A stretch of DNA of 64,000 nucleotides from Takakia lepidozioides (taxonomy: Eukaryota > Plantae > Bryophyta): NCBI GenBank assembly GCA_030704615.1, contig CM060733.1, positions 34,038,001-34,102,000 of the forward strand. The letters are read 5' to 3'. The translations under genes were made by a program, and so were the position numbers. The notes below the pieces were generated by a model, which saw only the letters and a program-made list of their open reading frames with translations, was not told where the DNA came from and made no database searches. The first letter of the stretch is position 1. Every line of letters begins with the position of its first letter. This document shows positions 61,279 to 64,000 of the stretch, one piece after another.

Positions 61279-64000
61279 TGTCACGATAATAGGGAACGAA
61301 GAGTAGGACAGGGAACGACTGTGGGGAACAACACCTGTGAAGGGAACATGTTAGTTCACAGACGACGGTTAGAGAGGGAAACGGTTAGAACCGCGGATAG
61401 GAGGATAAAGGGAAAACGGGGAATGATGAGGGGATCATTATTCGGGAGGACTTCGGAGTCAGGCGGGAGCGGAGATCGGAGAGCACGATGAAGGAGAAAA
61501 AGAGGATTAGTAGATGCTTGTTATATGCAAAGCTGTAGTGATATTGTAGCAGATAGAGACATAATGGCTTCGGCCTGATACCTGATAAATCATAATCTGA
61601 TACTTATACGATACAATCACACTGTGTAGAGAGATCTGAGTGAAGCTGTGGATTGAATGGATGAGTGAAGGAAACCGATAGATTGATGAAGCAAACTGAT
61701 ACTTAATTATCAATGGTAAGGTAGCTAAGATGAATGCGGAAAAGGAAACAAATAGGAACACCCCCATGATACACTAGCTGTAGGTCATGACTGATTGTTC
61801 TGCGCGGGCTGAGTACTTAGAGATTTCCAACTCTTCTATCTTGGAGTTTCCGCCTCGGATAGCGAAGGGATGGGTGAGTAAAAGCCGCGCGACATTTGGC
61901 GACCATACTGGGGACCTGGGACATGAACAACCAGATGTGACAGGCATCTGGTGGGATCATGGTGGTTGGACCATTAAAGAATTTGAAGTGAATCAAATTC
62001 CCTGTGGAACGAAGAAAGAAAGGTGAATGTTTATATCATATGCATGAAGAGCTTGTACTGAAAGAATTGGATTCCAAAGGATATTTTGTGGATCAAACTC
62101 ACACCAAGAACAGCTTTTCAGACTTGTTTGCCATATGGTTATATGGTAACGGAGACTTCAAGTATAGCCAAGGGTGCATTGAAGCTTGAAAGAAACCCAG
62201 GCATATACGAGAGATATTACAGAAGAGAGTTTTGGTTATTGCCACATTAAAAGAAATGAAAGACATGGGACATGAGTGATGAAAGAGAAGCTAGACGACA
62301 GAGATATTCATCAAAAAGAGAAAGCTATCTGAAAGCTAATTATCCATATCTTTGGGAGAGAGGAATAGACATAGGGGAATCATCTGGACCTCTCACACCA
62401 TCAAGATCAAAAAGTGCATCACCTATACCGGAAGAACTAGAGTTGGATGCCACTCCTTCTGTTTCTTTGCAAGAAAGATTAAGGGAATTGGTACAGGAAG
62501 AAGATCAATCACGAGGTGAAAGATCTGAGGTACATCCTTGGATAAAAGACTTGACAGAAATCTTTGATAAGAGTTGGCATGGAACACCAAAAGCAGGAAC
62601 TCCAGTTTCTGAAGCAGAAGATGAAGAAGGAGAGAGGATGTGGCAGAGCCAACGGAGAGTTCAGACTCTCCAACACCATTACAGTTGAGTTACATGAGTG
62701 AAGAAGAAACCCAAGGGCAGAACTTGGAGGATGAAAACAGAGAGAAGAAATTGAAGAGGAAGAATATGAAGAAGTAGACCCAACAGCTGAGGTTGAGACT
62801 ACAACCAGGACATCCCAACCCGTTGGACCTGGATCAAGTGGAGCACTTGGATCACAGGCCAACGAAGGTGTCGGCTCAGGGGGATCAGGCGGGCTGCCTG
62901 GATCTGGCTCTGGGGGGACAGGGAGTGTGGGAAGTAGTGCAACTGAAGCTGGGAATACTGTGAATATCGTGGGGCCAGAAGCAGGGAGTGCTCAAGGGCC
63001 ACCACTTGGTGGAAGATCCACCACAAAACAACAGGTCCAGAAGGACCAGCACCAGCAAGGGTGCCAGCACCTGTCAGTGGGCAGAAGGTAGGGCCACAGA
63101 TGGCGTTACAACCAACACGGGCAAAACCACCCTTTCCAATATATTCAGGAAAAGGGGATCCCGATGTACACATTAGCCAATTTGAGCACATGTGTATAGT
63201 GAACAATGAGAATGGCGATGATGCCAAGATGAGACTGTTTCCTTGTTCACTTATCAAGAAAGCAAGTGAATGGTATGCAAGATTCCCTGATAATCATTTC
63301 CTAACCTGGAATGGCTTGAATACAGCATTTCGAAATAGGTTCAGGACAAGTAAAACTGAGGATGAAGTGTATGGAAGTTTACAACAGCTGAAGCAGAAGA
63401 AGCATGAAACTGTTGAAGAGTATATGGAGAAGATGGAATTGATGATGAAAAAGCTGGCTGCAGTACCAGCACCCGGTTTACAGAAGACTTGGTTTGTGAG
63501 TGGACTAAGACCAGAGTTGCAAAAAAAGTGGATATGTTACCCCATAATACAGTGGAGGAGGCATTTGAAACTGCAAACAGAATTGAGCAATTGGGAATGC
63601 TCAGGAGAGAGAAAAAGAAGATGAGGACTCTGAGATGAGTCAGATGAAGAAGAAGAGCAAGAACTAAAAAGAAAGAGTAGAGAAAGGAAAAGTTGAAGAG
63701 GGATAACTATGAGAAAAGATTGGAAGAAATCTTGAAGAAGTATGCCACAGAGGCTGCAACACATTGGAGGAAGGGTGTATGGTGTGCAAAGTGCCAGAAT
63801 GAAGGCCATACCACCACAGAATGCCACATGAAGGAGAAACACTGTACTATCTGTAAAATGGATAACCATTCTACTGAGAATTGTTACTACAACAGAAGGA
63901 CAGCTGCAAGAGAACCTAGGCAAGTAAGGGTGCATCAGGTGCAGCCCCAGCCAAGAAGAAACAATGATCAGGACCACTATGGTAGGTCTGGTGGTTATAA
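61279..64000 (+). mobile_element. Second LTR retrotransposon (Gypsy-type gag): 5' LTR 61279-61942 plus gag, running off the window
   Basis: LTR bounded by TGTCAC...GTGACA. Gag region PIYSGKGDPDVHISQFE..RLFPCSL..ASEWY..LKQKKHETVEEY..FVSGLRPEL (63061-63624). Tandem CCHC knuckles CAKCQNEGHTTTEC and CTICKMDNHSTENC (~63785-63885). Confidence 0.88.

Overview
Eukaryotic, intron-containing plant DNA, most likely from a non-seed land plant (bryophyte- or lycophyte-like; the species cannot be determined from sequence alone). The left 24 kb is gene-dense host sequence. It holds EXO70 (-), VPS26 (+, 11 exons, head-to-head with EXO70), a sucrase/ferredoxin-like gene (+), a TLC-domain gene (-) and PRDA1 (+, 9 exons). 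From about 25 kb onward the window is a nested transposon cluster. The left part of the cluster has hAT-like ends, a doubly deleted Ty3/Gypsy, a ~210-bp satellite and a CACTA derivative next to tandem PPR fragments. A DUF7869/Sola-like DDE transposase gene is split by that CACTA and half-inverted. Beside it lie a divergent ParB-like + methyltransferase-fold gene and eight copies of a 24-bp palindrome. At 52.8-61.3 kb is a Ty3/Gypsy element whose polyprotein reads GAG-PR-[DNMT3-like C5 cytosine methyltransferase]-RT-RNaseH-INT-[PHD finger]. A second LTR element begins at 61279. The two candidate novel systems are the DNMT+PHD Gypsy and the transposase/ParB-MTase/palindrome module. All assignments come from motif recognition by eye; no searches were run. 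The many 1-bp frameshifts in TE ORFs could be real decay or consensus errors.
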